Below are positions 1 through 9,066 of a DNA stretch of 64,000 nucleotides, piece after piece. Source of the stretch: Candidatus Bathyarchaeota archaeon (GTDB lineage: Archaea > Thermoproteota > Bathyarchaeia > Bathyarchaeales > Bathyarchaeaceae); contig SOJZ01000005.1 of NCBI GenBank assembly GCA_004376295.1, positions 33,914-97,913 on the forward strand, in the 5' to 3' direction. Under the pieces are notes generated by a model, which was not told the DNA's origin, ran no database searches, and was given only the letters and a program-made list of their open reading frames with translations. How positions within the stretch are numbered: position 1 is the stretch's first letter; each line of letters starts with the position of its first letter. A program made the position numbers and the translations under genes.

Positions 1-133
1 AAACCCCCCGAAGCGCAGTTTCCCCTTATAACCCCTTCCCCCACCCACAATGAATTACTACACGCAACTAGGATTTCTAGCTCCAATGTGCGCACCCGTA
101 AACCTACCCTAACTCCTTTCCTTATCTCGCACC

Positions 134-1132
134 CTAGGATTTCATTTCTTCGAAAACCCAATCCAAGCCATCTTCTATGTTCTTTGCGATTTCCTGAAAA
201 TTCTCTAATAGGTAATTCATACTGGAATAGAACCCTCTCATAATGCCCCTTTTGGATTCGTTTTGGAGAGGGCAAATCCAATAGAATGAAGTGAAGAACA
301 ATGATTTTTTCGAAGAGTTGACCCTGTCAACATAAGTCGTGTATATATTCCAACCTGACCGTTGACTTGCCAATTTCCAATATAATCCAATAAGATCAGG
401 ATGTTTCTCTGACAAGTCTTCAATGCTTGAAACCAATTTAGCTCCAGACAAACTATACGCCATGTCTAGATCTTCAGAAATGGCGTCAAGAACAGATTCA
501 AATTCTCCTTCATCTTTCTGGGTTTTTGCCAGCAGAATCTTACTCCATTTTCGGTACACAAAATACAATGAAACCCAAACCTTTACCGAGTTATCCTTCA
601 CCACCCATAGTTTAGCGATTTCTTCAGCAGTGAATCTGTGTTTTGTGTAGTTCGACTTCCTTCTTCCAAGAATTAGGCTATGCGCTTTTATCAATGAGAG
701 TACTATAGGATGCCTTGAGAAGTAAAGACAGCAGTATTCAATCGATTCATTTCTAACGAGAAATTCATGCAATGCATCTGCGTTCCAGAATTCAACACTG
801 CCCGATTGTTTCTCTGTATGATCCCTGAAAGGTCTTGTCGGATTTTCAATATGAACATAGATTGCCTTCGCATCATGTGTATTCTGTTCAAAGCGCGTAA
901 ACTGTTCAATGTCACCTTTTCTGGGTTTCATCTTTACCTGTATGGCTACTTTCTCACCGTTTTTTTCGCAAAAGAGGTCTATTCCGCGTTCATGGGTGCG
1001 GTCTGTTTTGTGAAAATTCGTAACTGAAAAGCTATTTCTACTATAGACCTTTTCAAGGCAGTCTAGGACAAAATTCTCATCAAATTCATTCCAGATTTTA
1101 ATCCTGTATTCAGTTTTCATAATAAACTTCAC
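134..1132 (-). CDS. PD-(D/E)xK (Mrr-like) nuclease-fold domain fused to an unrecognised C-terminal domain
   Basis: 332-aa ORF. The N-terminal ~100 aa carry ERGIDLF...GEKVAIQVK, matching the D...(D/E)xK pattern of Mrr-cat type restriction endonucleases. The C-terminal ~220 aa are not recognised. Confidence 0.6.
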   Translation of the reverse strand: MKFIMKTEYRIKIWNEFDENFVLDCLEKVYSRNSFSVTNFHKTDRTHERGIDLFCEKNGEKVAIQVKMKPRKGDIEQFTRFEQNTHDAKAIYVHIENPTRPFRDHTEKQSGSVEFWNADALHEFLVRNESIEYCCLYFSRHPIVLSLIKAHSLILGRRKSNYTKHRFTAEEIAKLWVVKDNSVKVWVSLYFVYRKWSKILLAKTQKDEGEFESVLDAISEDLDMAYSLSGAKLVSSIEDLSEKHPDLIGLYWKLASQRSGWNIYTTYVDRVNSSKKSLFFTSFYWICPLQNESKRGIMRGFYSSMNYLLENFQEIAKNIEDGLDWVFEEMKS

Positions 1133-1174
1133 TAGGGGAAAATATATCTAACTCGCTAATATTTTAAACTAATC

Positions 1175-2113
1175 ATGCTGATGCATGATGATTTCTTTAC
1201 ACTACCAGACGGCAATACAAAACCTTTTTTCCAGATGGGAAACCTTAGCAAGCGATTCATTATCCAACATCCATATTTTCCTTTTGGCTCGTTGACTAAC
1301 CCATTTTTGCACATGAATGAAGAAGATTTCGAAGATGAGACGCCAGTGTATTTCCAGCAATTCGAACTCTCAACAGATGAGAATTCGTTTGATTTCAATG
1401 ATTTCCTACTCGATATTGAGAGAAACTGGCATTTGAGACCAGATGAAGCTCTTTGGTATGAAACCGGATTCTGGTCGATTATCTACAGAGCGAAATGCTA
1501 CATGGGCATGGGTGTAGAAAGGTTAAAAGAAACTCTAAACGCACTGGAAAACGCGAAATTTGCCCTCTGTCTTTGCAATTACGAATCCATTTTACTGATA
1601 AACTCTAAGATGAGTGAAGAAAACAAGATTCTACTCAGTATTTACGCTTCAAATGATGTTCTTCCTTTTGTGGAAGTAGTCGAGCCATTTCGACTCGCAG
1701 CTAGAAATTGCAAAAACGTTAGTAGTATGAAGGATAGGTTGTTATCAGAAGAAAAATTACGTAGGTTTTGGTTTGCTAATCGTAAAATCAACATTAATCC
1801 CATAGCGTTTGTTATGAGTAAAGACGACCCCCGCTACAAAATGCTACCAGTTATTGGAAATGAGTTCACACGAACAAAAGACCCTGAGATAAGCAAGATT
1901 CAATTTTTGACAGGGACTACCGGCGGAGGGTTTATCGAATCTGACTATTATGGTGGAAGACAATTTTACCCACATGCCGAAGTGTGGAACTTAGGATCTA
2001 TATCAATAGTAGAGTTTCACTTTGAGATGGATATAGCCAGTGATTTTAGAACGAATGACATTCCAAAAGAAACTGCTCAATTGAATTTACTTGCTCTGAA
2101 TCCAGTTTCCTAA
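1175..2113 (+). CDS. hypothetical protein
   Basis: 312-aa ORF divergent from the nuclease-fold gene (42-nt spacer). No motif recognised. Confidence 0.5.
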   Translation: MLMHDDFFTLPDGNTKPFFQMGNLSKRFIIQHPYFPFGSLTNPFLHMNEEDFEDETPVYFQQFELSTDENSFDFNDFLLDIERNWHLRPDEALWYETGFWSIIYRAKCYMGMGVERLKETLNALENAKFALCLCNYESILLINSKMSEENKILLSIYASNDVLPFVEVVEPFRLAARNCKNVSSMKDRLLSEEKLRRFWFANRKININPIAFVMSKDDPRYKMLPVIGNEFTRTKDPEISKIQFLTGTTGGGFIESDYYGGRQFYPHAEVWNLGSISIVEFHFEMDIASDFRTNDIPKETAQLNLLALNPVS

Positions 2114-2277
2114 ACCAAACATCTTTTTTTAGGCGTACAACATCGGCAGGAACAAACCCTATAACGTAGAATTTGTATTCCAGCAAAGTTTCCCCTGAAA
2201 GAGTGATTTGAATTAATCGACGGTTTGAATTATGCAAATACCTGATCAAGAAGAAGGGGTGCATAAGAAGTGGGTAG

Positions 2278-2748
2278 CTATTGTTCCTTATCTTTGCTGA
2301 ATCTGTAGAAGACTCTGCTGTCGGGCAATTCAACTATTTTTAGGTTGACTTTGTCTCCGATTTTGAGGTCTTCGTATTTGGCGTCGTCGATTCTGGCCGA
2401 AATGAGTAAACTGCCGATCTTGACTATGCCGACGCAGAAGGGTACGTCTTCGACAAAACCCAATGGAGCACCGAGCCTTATCTCAGTGAAAGCATACAAT
2501 TCGCCTTCCACGCCTAAGTCGACCCATTCGAGGCTTTCAGAAAGACATTCAGGACACATAATTCTTGGAGGCCACAAAACTTTTCCGCACTCCTTGCACT
2601 TCGTTGTAGTTAAGTGTCCTTCCTTAAGGCTCTTAAAGAACTGGCTGATCCTGGTGTTCTTCTCATCTTGCAACGGATAGAAATCCAGCATGAACGGAAG
2701 CCCTATCTTTTCTGGACGCTTTATCTTCTCAAACTTCACCATGCTCAT
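2278..2748 (-). CDS. DUF35 Zn-ribbon/OB-fold protein (thiolase-associated)
   Basis: CKECGKVLWPPRIMCPEC rubredoxin-like zinc ribbon followed by an OB-fold-like C-terminus. There is a 4-nt overlap with the upstream thiolase, the usual archaeal thiolase/DUF35 pairing. Confidence 0.85.
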   Translation of the reverse strand: MSMVKFEKIKRPEKIGLPFMLDFYPLQDEKNTRISQFFKSLKEGHLTTTKCKECGKVLWPPRIMCPECLSESLEWVDLGVEGELYAFTEIRLGAPLGFVEDVPFCVGIVKIGSLLISARIDDAKYEDLKIGDKVNLKIVELPDSRVFYRFSKDKEQ

Positions 2749-3926
2749 CTCAGCTCCCTTGAACAGACCAGTATAGAATGCAGATTCGCTGCCCCACTTA
2801 GACTGTGCTGAATCCCGATTTCAGCGCCTTCAACATATCTTCCTTTGTCAACGTCTCCCCTGAATTGCTTCAGTATTTCAAAGGTGTGATAAATAGAGGT
2901 CGCGCCTAAAGGATGACCACAACCCATGATTCCGCCACTAGGGTTTACAGCCACCTTCCCTCCAATGTATGGTTCCCCATCCTCAATGAATTGTCCACCC
3001 TTGCCTGTTTCACAGAATCCAAGCCCTTCATACTCCATAATCTCGGAGATCGTGAAGCAGTCGTGTACTTCAGCGATATCAACATCATCCTTCGTGATCT
3101 TCGCTGTTCTCCAGGCCTCCTTTGCAGCCAGCTTGAGTGGAACCCACTCCGCCAAGCTTGCCAGATTGTTGATTACGTTTCCGATAGCGTATTGACCGGA
3201 CCCGATAAGATACATCGGCGTATCCGTGTACTTCTTCGCATCCTCAGCCCGAACCAGAATAACCCCAGCCGACCCATCCGTCATAGGGCAACAATCAAAA
3301 AGTTTAAGCGGAGGAGCCACCACCGGCGATTTAAGTACTGCCTCAACAGTAACCTCTTTCCGAAGATGAGCAATAGGATTCAACGACGAGTAATGGTGAT
3401 TTTTCACGGAAACCAAAGCCATCTGCTCCTCAGTGGTGCCAAACTCATACATGTGCCTCTGAGCCGTCACAGCAAAAATCGGAGGAGCAGAAAAACAGTT
3501 AATTCCGTCCCATTCTCGATCCAAAACGCACGTCATAGTCGTCTGAGCCTCAGCCATGTCCGGCTGATACATCTTCTCCACCCCAATAGCAACAGCAATA
3601 TCAGACATACCCGTCGCAACACAATTCCACGCATAACGGATCGCCGCCTGACCCGAAACACAAGCAAGCTCCGTCCTCGCAATAACCTTCCTAGGAGTCA
3701 CACCAATATATTCAGCAACCAAAGGAGCCACATAAGACAGAAAAGCAAACCTCTCAGGCTGAGCCGCCCCAACAAAGATAGAGTCAACATCCTTAGGCGA
3801 TAAATTGTCAACATCCTCAAACAACGCTTTTCCTGCTTCTTGCACTAGGTCCCTCCAGCTGGCAGCTCTCCTACCAGCCTTTGCCTCACCCCCAGCAACT
3901 ATGGCAACTTGTTTCATCGAAATCAC
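2745..3926 (-). CDS. thiolase (acetyl-CoA C-acetyltransferase, SCP-x-like type)
   Basis: 393 aa. It has the active-site context ELACVSGQAAI, C-terminal GGIMGCGHPLGATS, and thiolase length. Confidence 0.9.
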   Translation of the reverse strand: MISMKQVAIVAGGEAKAGRRAASWRDLVQEAGKALFEDVDNLSPKDVDSIFVGAAQPERFAFLSYVAPLVAEYIGVTPRKVIARTELACVSGQAAIRYAWNCVATGMSDIAVAIGVEKMYQPDMAEAQTTMTCVLDREWDGINCFSAPPIFAVTAQRHMYEFGTTEEQMALVSVKNHHYSSLNPIAHLRKEVTVEAVLKSPVVAPPLKLFDCCPMTDGSAGVILVRAEDAKKYTDTPMYLIGSGQYAIGNVINNLASLAEWVPLKLAAKEAWRTAKITKDDVDIAEVHDCFTISEIMEYEGLGFCETGKGGQFIEDGEPYIGGKVAVNPSGGIMGCGHPLGATSIYHTFEILKQFRGDVDKGRYVEGAEIGIQHSLSGAANLHSILVCSRELR

Positions 3927-3941
3927 TGGTAAAGACTATGG

Positions 3942-4724
3942 CTATTTTCCTTTATATTCTGGTTTTCTTTTCTCTATGAACGCTGATACCCCTTCCCTAT
4001 AGTCCTCCGTCGAAGCCAGTATTCCGAAGGCCTCTGCTTCATGCACTAGCCCCGTCCCTTGATCTGTTTCAATGCTTCTATTGATGAGCTCTTTGGCTAG
4101 CTTTATAGCGATTGGAGGCTTGCTCATGATTATTTTGGCAAGTTCCTCAACAGCTGATTTGAGCTTTTCTGGTGGCACAACCATGTTAATCAAGCCGATT
4201 CTTTCAGCCGTTTTGGCGTCAATCATCTTCCCAGTGAATACAAGCTCTTTGGCTATTCCCTTTCCGACAAGTCGCGGTAAACGTTGTGTTCCTCCCCAGC
4301 CAGGAATCAATCCAACATTTACCTCTGTCTGTCCAATTCTGGCGTTTTCCGATGCTATCCTGATGTCGCATGCCATTGCGAGTTCTAAGCCTCCCCCGAG
4401 GGCGTAGCCGTTGATGGCTGCAATCACAGGCTTTCCAAGCTCCTCAATCGCCAAAGTCAATTTCTGCCCAAGTCTTGAGGTCTCCACCGCCTTTATCACA
4501 CTGATATCCATCACCGTTTTAAGGTCTAACCCGGCGCAAAAGGCTTTTTCACCAGCTCCAGTAATCACTATGACCCTAACGTTTTCGTCCTTTTCTGCAT
4601 CTTCAAGACTTGAAAAAAACTCTGGGATGGTTTCCTCGTTTAGCGCGTTCAGAGCTTTGGGGCGATTTATGGTTATAGTTGCTATTCCACCACTTTTCTC
4701 ATATAGAAGGTTCCTAAATTCCAT
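3942..4724 (-). CDS. enoyl-CoA hydratase (crotonase family)
   Basis: 260 aa. ITINRPKALNAL, GAGEKAFCAGLDL and GYALGGGLELAMACDIRIA are crotonase-fold signatures. Confidence 0.9.
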   Translation of the reverse strand: MEFRNLLYEKSGGIATITINRPKALNALNEETIPEFFSSLEDAEKDENVRVIVITGAGEKAFCAGLDLKTVMDISVIKAVETSRLGQKLTLAIEELGKPVIAAINGYALGGGLELAMACDIRIASENARIGQTEVNVGLIPGWGGTQRLPRLVGKGIAKELVFTGKMIDAKTAERIGLINMVVPPEKLKSAVEELAKIIMSKPPIAIKLAKELINRSIETDQGTGLVHEAEAFGILASTEDYREGVSAFIEKRKPEYKGK

Positions 4725-4730
4725 AAGTTT

Positions 4731-5594
4731 TCACCGCTTTGTCCAGTCATAAAAGCCCTTACCAGTCTTTCTTCCGAGAAGTCCCGCTCGAACCATTTGT
4801 CTCAGCAGTGGGCATGGGCTGTATTTCGGGTTAAGGTCGTCCCGCAGAACTTCAGCTATGGAAAGAGTCGTGTCCAATCCAAGGTAGTCGGCCAATTTTA
4901 GGGGGCCCATTGGCCAATTCAGTCCAAGCCTTATCGCCTTGTCTACGTCTTCTGGCTCGGCTATTCCCTCCCAAACAAGAGAAATGGCCTCGTTCAATGC
5001 TGGAACCAAAATTCTATTCACAATGAAGCCTGCACAATCCTTTTTGACCACGACTGGCTCCTTCTCCATTTTTTTGGCAACTTCGACTATTGTGTTTATG
5101 GTTTCATCCGAAGTTTTCGCTCCACGGATAATCTCTATCAGTTTCATTAGTTGCGGTGGATTAAAGAAGTGTAGCCCAACGAATTTCTCTGGATGACTTG
5201 TGGCTGAAGCGAGTTCTGTTATGCTTATAGAAGAGGTGTTTGAAGCTAAGATGGCATCAGGCTTCGCGAATTTATCGACTTCCGAAAGCACGCTTTTTTT
5301 CAACTTTAGATTCTCTGGAACAGCCTCAATAATTAGGTCTGCATCGGCAACGGCTTCTTTTAGGTCCAAGATTGGATGAATTCTCTCCAAGGTCTCCTTA
5401 AATTCGTTCTCTCCGATTAGACCCTTCTTTAGGAATTTTTGCAGGCTGTTGTTTATCATGGACATTCCTTTGTCCAGAAATTCCTGCTTGATGTCTCTGA
5501 GGTTGACCTCGAACTTCGCCACTTGAGCTGCAACTTGGGCTATGCCGTGGCCCATTAACCCGGCTCCAAGGACAGCTATTTTTCGAACTTTCAT
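4731..5594 (-). CDS. hbd: 3-hydroxyacyl-CoA (3-hydroxybutyryl-CoA) dehydrogenase
   Basis: 287 aa. N-terminal Rossmann motif VLGAGLMGHGIA, then SNTSSISIT and HFFNPP motifs. It is the first gene of the hbd-crt-thiolase-DUF35 string. Confidence 0.9.
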   Translation of the reverse strand: MKVRKIAVLGAGLMGHGIAQVAAQVAKFEVNLRDIKQEFLDKGMSMINNSLQKFLKKGLIGENEFKETLERIHPILDLKEAVADADLIIEAVPENLKLKKSVLSEVDKFAKPDAILASNTSSISITELASATSHPEKFVGLHFFNPPQLMKLIEIIRGAKTSDETINTIVEVAKKMEKEPVVVKKDCAGFIVNRILVPALNEAISLVWEGIAEPEDVDKAIRLGLNWPMGPLKLADYLGLDTTLSIAEVLRDDLNPKYSPCPLLRQMVRAGLLGRKTGKGFYDWTKR

Positions 5595-5695
5595 TGTTAA
5601 ATCCTCCTTTCAGAAGTACAGAAGAAATGCCATATAAGTATATATTCTCTTGGATTTGCGCACGCGATATTTCCTTAGAATTTCGCTTAAGCTTG

Positions 5696-5705
5696 TGCAT
5701 GCATG
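5696..5705. repeat. TGCATGCA-type palindrome
   Basis: tgcatgcatg, in the divergent hbd / DUF885 intergenic region. Confidence 0.8.
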
Positions 5706-5924
5706 AAGGATAAAGAACAGAAATACACGCATTTTGGAGGTTATGACCAAGAGTTTTATGTTATGTCAATGTTACTAACCTCTAAAACTAATGATGCGTG
5801 CACCTACAAAAATAGTGTATATCATCATCCATGCATACAGAAAACCTGAAAGCCCGCAAGTAATGCAAAAAAGTAATAACAGAGCCATGAGACTGTAGTA
5901 GATTCCAAATGAACTACAACAAAA

Positions 5925-7571
5925 ATGGTGAAAAAAATGAATGGAGACGAAGCATTTGAAAAGCATACTCAAGAGGCTTTGCAACAGTTTTTAGAAAGGA
6001 ACCCTGAAGATGCTACGTTTCTAGGTTTCCATGAGCCTTACGACAAGTTGCTTTCGAACGGTAACATAGAAGAAGTATATGAAAACCTGAAACTGACGGA
6101 AGACTGGCGTACCAAGATGAAGCAAACGATAAACTTTGATGAACTCAACGAAGAACACAAAATGGATTGGAGACTACTCGAAAACACTTGCAAAAGGTTC
6201 AAATTCTCTGCATATGAACACCGTATCCACGAGAAAAATCCTGAATGCCTACAAGGCATTGGCGCCCTGATTTTTGTGGTCTTGACCAGGGAATATGCAC
6301 CTTTTGAGAAGAGAATTGAAGGCATCGTTTCTCGACTAGAAAAACTACCACTATACCTTGAACAGTTTCGAAAAAGCTATGAAAAATGTGTGCCGGTGAA
6401 GTTATGGACGGAAGTTGCTATTGAAGGATGCCAACGAATGCCTAAATTCTTCCAATTCCTCATCGCCGTGGCAAAGGGAAGAATCTCAGAAAAGCTCTTT
6501 CTAAGACTCCAAGCGGCAGTGGCAAGCCTGTCCCAACCACTGAATGAACACCTTGAATGGCTAAAGGCACTGTTACCAAAGGCAAAGGCTGACTGGGTGC
6601 TTGGAAAGGAAAAATTCGATAGACTCTTGAAACTCAGAGAACTCGGAATGAGTGCTGATGAAATCCACGAATTAGGAGTGAAATTTCTCAAGGAGCTGAA
6701 AGAAGAAAGAGCTAGACTAGCTGGGAAGATTTCTCCTGGAAAAACCGTTGAAGAAGTAATGAAAGAAATTCAAGCTGACGCTCCTAAAACCTATGAAGAA
6801 GCATTAGAATTTACACGAAAAGAAATGGAACGAGCAAAAAACTTTGTACGTGAGCACGATATTGCAACAATTCCGAAGCAAGGCAAGCTTCACGTTGAAG
6901 AGACACCTTCATTCATCGCTCCCTTAATCCCCTTTGCAGCGTTGGTTCCGCCAAGCAAATATGAAAAGACCCAAGAGGGAATCTACATCGTAACCCGCCC
7001 AAAAGACATGAAAGACATGAGCAAAGATGCAAATTACGCAAGCATACCAAACATTGCAGTACACGAAGCCTACCCAGGACATTTCCTACAAACCTCACGA
7101 TCAAACCGTCTCGGCTCTTTCATTCGAATTCTTGCTTCTGGATCAGAAACTGTAGAGGGCTGGGCACATTATTGCGAAGAAATGATGATGGAACACGGCT
7201 TTCAAGGAGGCTTGAAATCTAGGTTCATGCAGGTAAATGGCATGAAATGGCGTGCTGTAAGAATAATAGTTGATGTGAAACTTTCCTGTGGAGAAATGAG
7301 CTTCGACGGAGCAGTTAATATGCTAGTGAAGGAAACAGGGATGTCAAAGAACGGCGCAGTCGCCGAGGTTCGCAGATATACAATGAGACCTGGATATCCG
7401 CTTTCATATCTTCTCGGCAAACATTTAATGTTGAAGCTACGAGACGACGTGAAAGCCAAAATGAGCGATAAATACAGCGACAGATTCTTCCATGATGTCG
7501 TAACAGCCAACGGATATTTCCCAATGTCAAAGCTTAGAGAAATCTTCGAACAGAAACTTGGAAAAATATGA
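5925..7571 (+). CDS. DUF885 family protein (putative metallopeptidase-like)
   Basis: 548 aa. The HEAYPGHFLQ motif and length are typical of DUF885. Confidence 0.7.
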   Translation: MVKKMNGDEAFEKHTQEALQQFLERNPEDATFLGFHEPYDKLLSNGNIEEVYENLKLTEDWRTKMKQTINFDELNEEHKMDWRLLENTCKRFKFSAYEHRIHEKNPECLQGIGALIFVVLTREYAPFEKRIEGIVSRLEKLPLYLEQFRKSYEKCVPVKLWTEVAIEGCQRMPKFFQFLIAVAKGRISEKLFLRLQAAVASLSQPLNEHLEWLKALLPKAKADWVLGKEKFDRLLKLRELGMSADEIHELGVKFLKELKEERARLAGKISPGKTVEEVMKEIQADAPKTYEEALEFTRKEMERAKNFVREHDIATIPKQGKLHVEETPSFIAPLIPFAALVPPSKYEKTQEGIYIVTRPKDMKDMSKDANYASIPNIAVHEAYPGHFLQTSRSNRLGSFIRILASGSETVEGWAHYCEEMMMEHGFQGGLKSRFMQVNGMKWRAVRIIVDVKLSCGEMSFDGAVNMLVKETGMSKNGAVAEVRRYTMRPGYPLSYLLGKHLMLKLRDDVKAKMSDKYSDRFFHDVVTANGYFPMSKLREIFEQKLGKI

Positions 7572-7572
7572 T

Positions 7573-7586
7573 TGCATGAATGCATG
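7573..7586. repeat. TGCATG-aa-TGCATG variant
   Basis: tgcatgaatgcatg, starting 2 nt after the DUF885 stop codon. Confidence 0.7.
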
Positions 7587-7663
7587 GATTTAGAATAATG
7601 TTGTTTTTTAGTGGTTCAAAGTTTTAAGACTATGTTACCTGAATGTAGCAACCACTAAAATCA

Positions 7664-7675
7664 ATGCATGCATGC
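7664..7675. repeat. TGCATGCA-type palindrome
   Basis: tgcatgcatgca, in the convergent DUF885 / ACAD intergenic region. Confidence 0.8.
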
Positions 7676-7710
7676 AAGGCAGGAAAACCAGCTTTTACAT
7701 GCCTCAAATT

Positions 7711-8889
7711 CTAGTAGGATTTCGGCAAGCCCAAAACATGCTCACCGATAAAAGCCAAAACCATCTGATGGGTCACAGGCGCAAGTCTAATCAGATTCAC
7801 CTCTCTCCACCAACGCTCTACATCATACTCCACAGCATAACCATAACCACCAAAAGTCTGCATAGCATGATAAACAGCCTCAGTACCAGCCTCAACAGCA
7901 GCAACCTTAGCCATGTTAGCCTCGGCACCGCACCGTTGCCCCTTATCATAAAGCCAAGCAGCCCGGTAATTCAACAACCTAGCAGCTTCAATTTTCGCCT
8001 TAGCCTTGGCAAGTGGAAACTGAATAGCCTGATGAGAACCAATAGGCACACCAAAAACCCTCCTCTCCCTAGCATACTCAACAGCCTTCCGGATAGCTAA
8101 AAGCCCAATACCGCACGCAGCCGCAGAAAAAGACATCCTCTCAGGATTCAAAGTATCCAAAACAAGATACCAGCCCTTATCCCTCTCGCCCAACAGGTTC
8201 TCCTCAGGAACCCTAAGATCATCAATGTGAACCTCATCAGTCTCAGAATAGTGGATTCCATGCTTTTCTATCGGAATAATCTCGACCGCAGGGTTGGGCA
8301 AATCCACAAGGAAGAGACTCAAACCCAAAGTCCTTTTCGGAGCCCTTTCCAAAGGAGTCGTCCTGGTTATGAGCACCATTCCCTTAGCCCTATCAGCACC
8401 AGAAATAAACATCTTCTGACCGTTGATAACATACTCGTCACCCTCTTTAACAGCCATAGTTCTCGTGTTCAAAGTGTTCGTCCCAGCGTCGGGCTCGGTT
8501 AAAGCCAAACAAAACTCCGTACCCTTAGCGATTTTCGGCAGGTACTTCTCCTTTTGACTCTCATTACCATGCTTCACTATGGTTAATCCTCCGAAAACTG
8601 AGGTTAAACATAGAAACCATTCTCCAGCCAATCCACAACCCTCAGAGGTCAAAGTTTCCATGGCCAAAATCATCTCAAACATTCCCATCCCACTCCCACC
8701 GTACTTTTCAGGAATAAATATACCCGGAAAACCAGCCTCAACCAAAGTCTTCCAGAAATCCTCAGGAAACTCATGCTTCTTGTCCTTCTCCCTCCAATAC
8801 TCCGGACCGAAATCTCGAGCAATATCAGAAGCCGCTTCAACAATCATTTTCTGTTCAACACTCAACTCAAAATTCAAAGCTTCTCCCAA
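7711..8889 (-). CDS. acyl-CoA dehydrogenase
   Basis: 392 aa. It has LTEPDAGTN, a QKMFISGA-type core and C-terminal FGGYGY..EYDVERWWRE. The coding strand is strongly G+T-rich. Confidence 0.9.
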   Translation of the reverse strand: MGEALNFELSVEQKMIVEAASDIARDFGPEYWREKDKKHEFPEDFWKTLVEAGFPGIFIPEKYGGSGMGMFEMILAMETLTSEGCGLAGEWFLCLTSVFGGLTIVKHGNESQKEKYLPKIAKGTEFCLALTEPDAGTNTLNTRTMAVKEGDEYVINGQKMFISGADRAKGMVLITRTTPLERAPKRTLGLSLFLVDLPNPAVEIIPIEKHGIHYSETDEVHIDDLRVPEENLLGERDKGWYLVLDTLNPERMSFSAAACGIGLLAIRKAVEYARERRVFGVPIGSHQAIQFPLAKAKAKIEAARLLNYRAAWLYDKGQRCGAEANMAKVAAVEAGTEAVYHAMQTFGGYGYAVEYDVERWWREVNLIRLAPVTHQMVLAFIGEHVLGLPKSY

Positions 8890-8950
8890 CCCGAGTTTTA
8901 TGGCAAAAGTATCTTTGAGCTTAGAATATAAAGTCTTTTACGAAGAATAA

Positions 8951-8961
8951 GCATGCATGCA
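8951..8961. repeat. TGCATGCA-type palindrome
   Basis: gcatgcatgca, in the divergent ACAD / acyl-CoA synthetase intergenic region. Confidence 0.8.
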
Positions 8962-9066
8962 ATGGTGGTGTGCGGGAGAAAACTCCACAAGCATTATTTT
9001 CTTTGGTCAGTAATATTTTAAAGTTCCAGCAGAACTCTTGATTAATGTTAGAAGGTGAGATGAGCC

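Noticed and set aside
1-95. The minus-strand frame is open from ~95 to the left edge (GTG at 95-93, ...VRTLELEILVACSNSLWVGEGVIRGNCASGG). The region is A+C-rich on the plus strand, like the G+T-coded genes.
   Set aside because: Only ~30 codons are visible, with no motif and no clear start context. This is too little to call a gene.
2913-3803. 296-aa plus-strand ORF antisense to the thiolase. The same class includes 46410..47009 antisense to rpl3, 11509..12066 antisense to the RHH/arsM region, 38684..39178 antisense to the kleisin-like gene, and 43565..44080 antisense to the SPOUT gene.
   Set aside because: These are shadow ORFs opposite confidently identified genes. Their products are low-complexity (R/S/P/N/T-rich) with no motifs. 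The long open antisense frames are a by-product of the extreme strand skew in these blocks.
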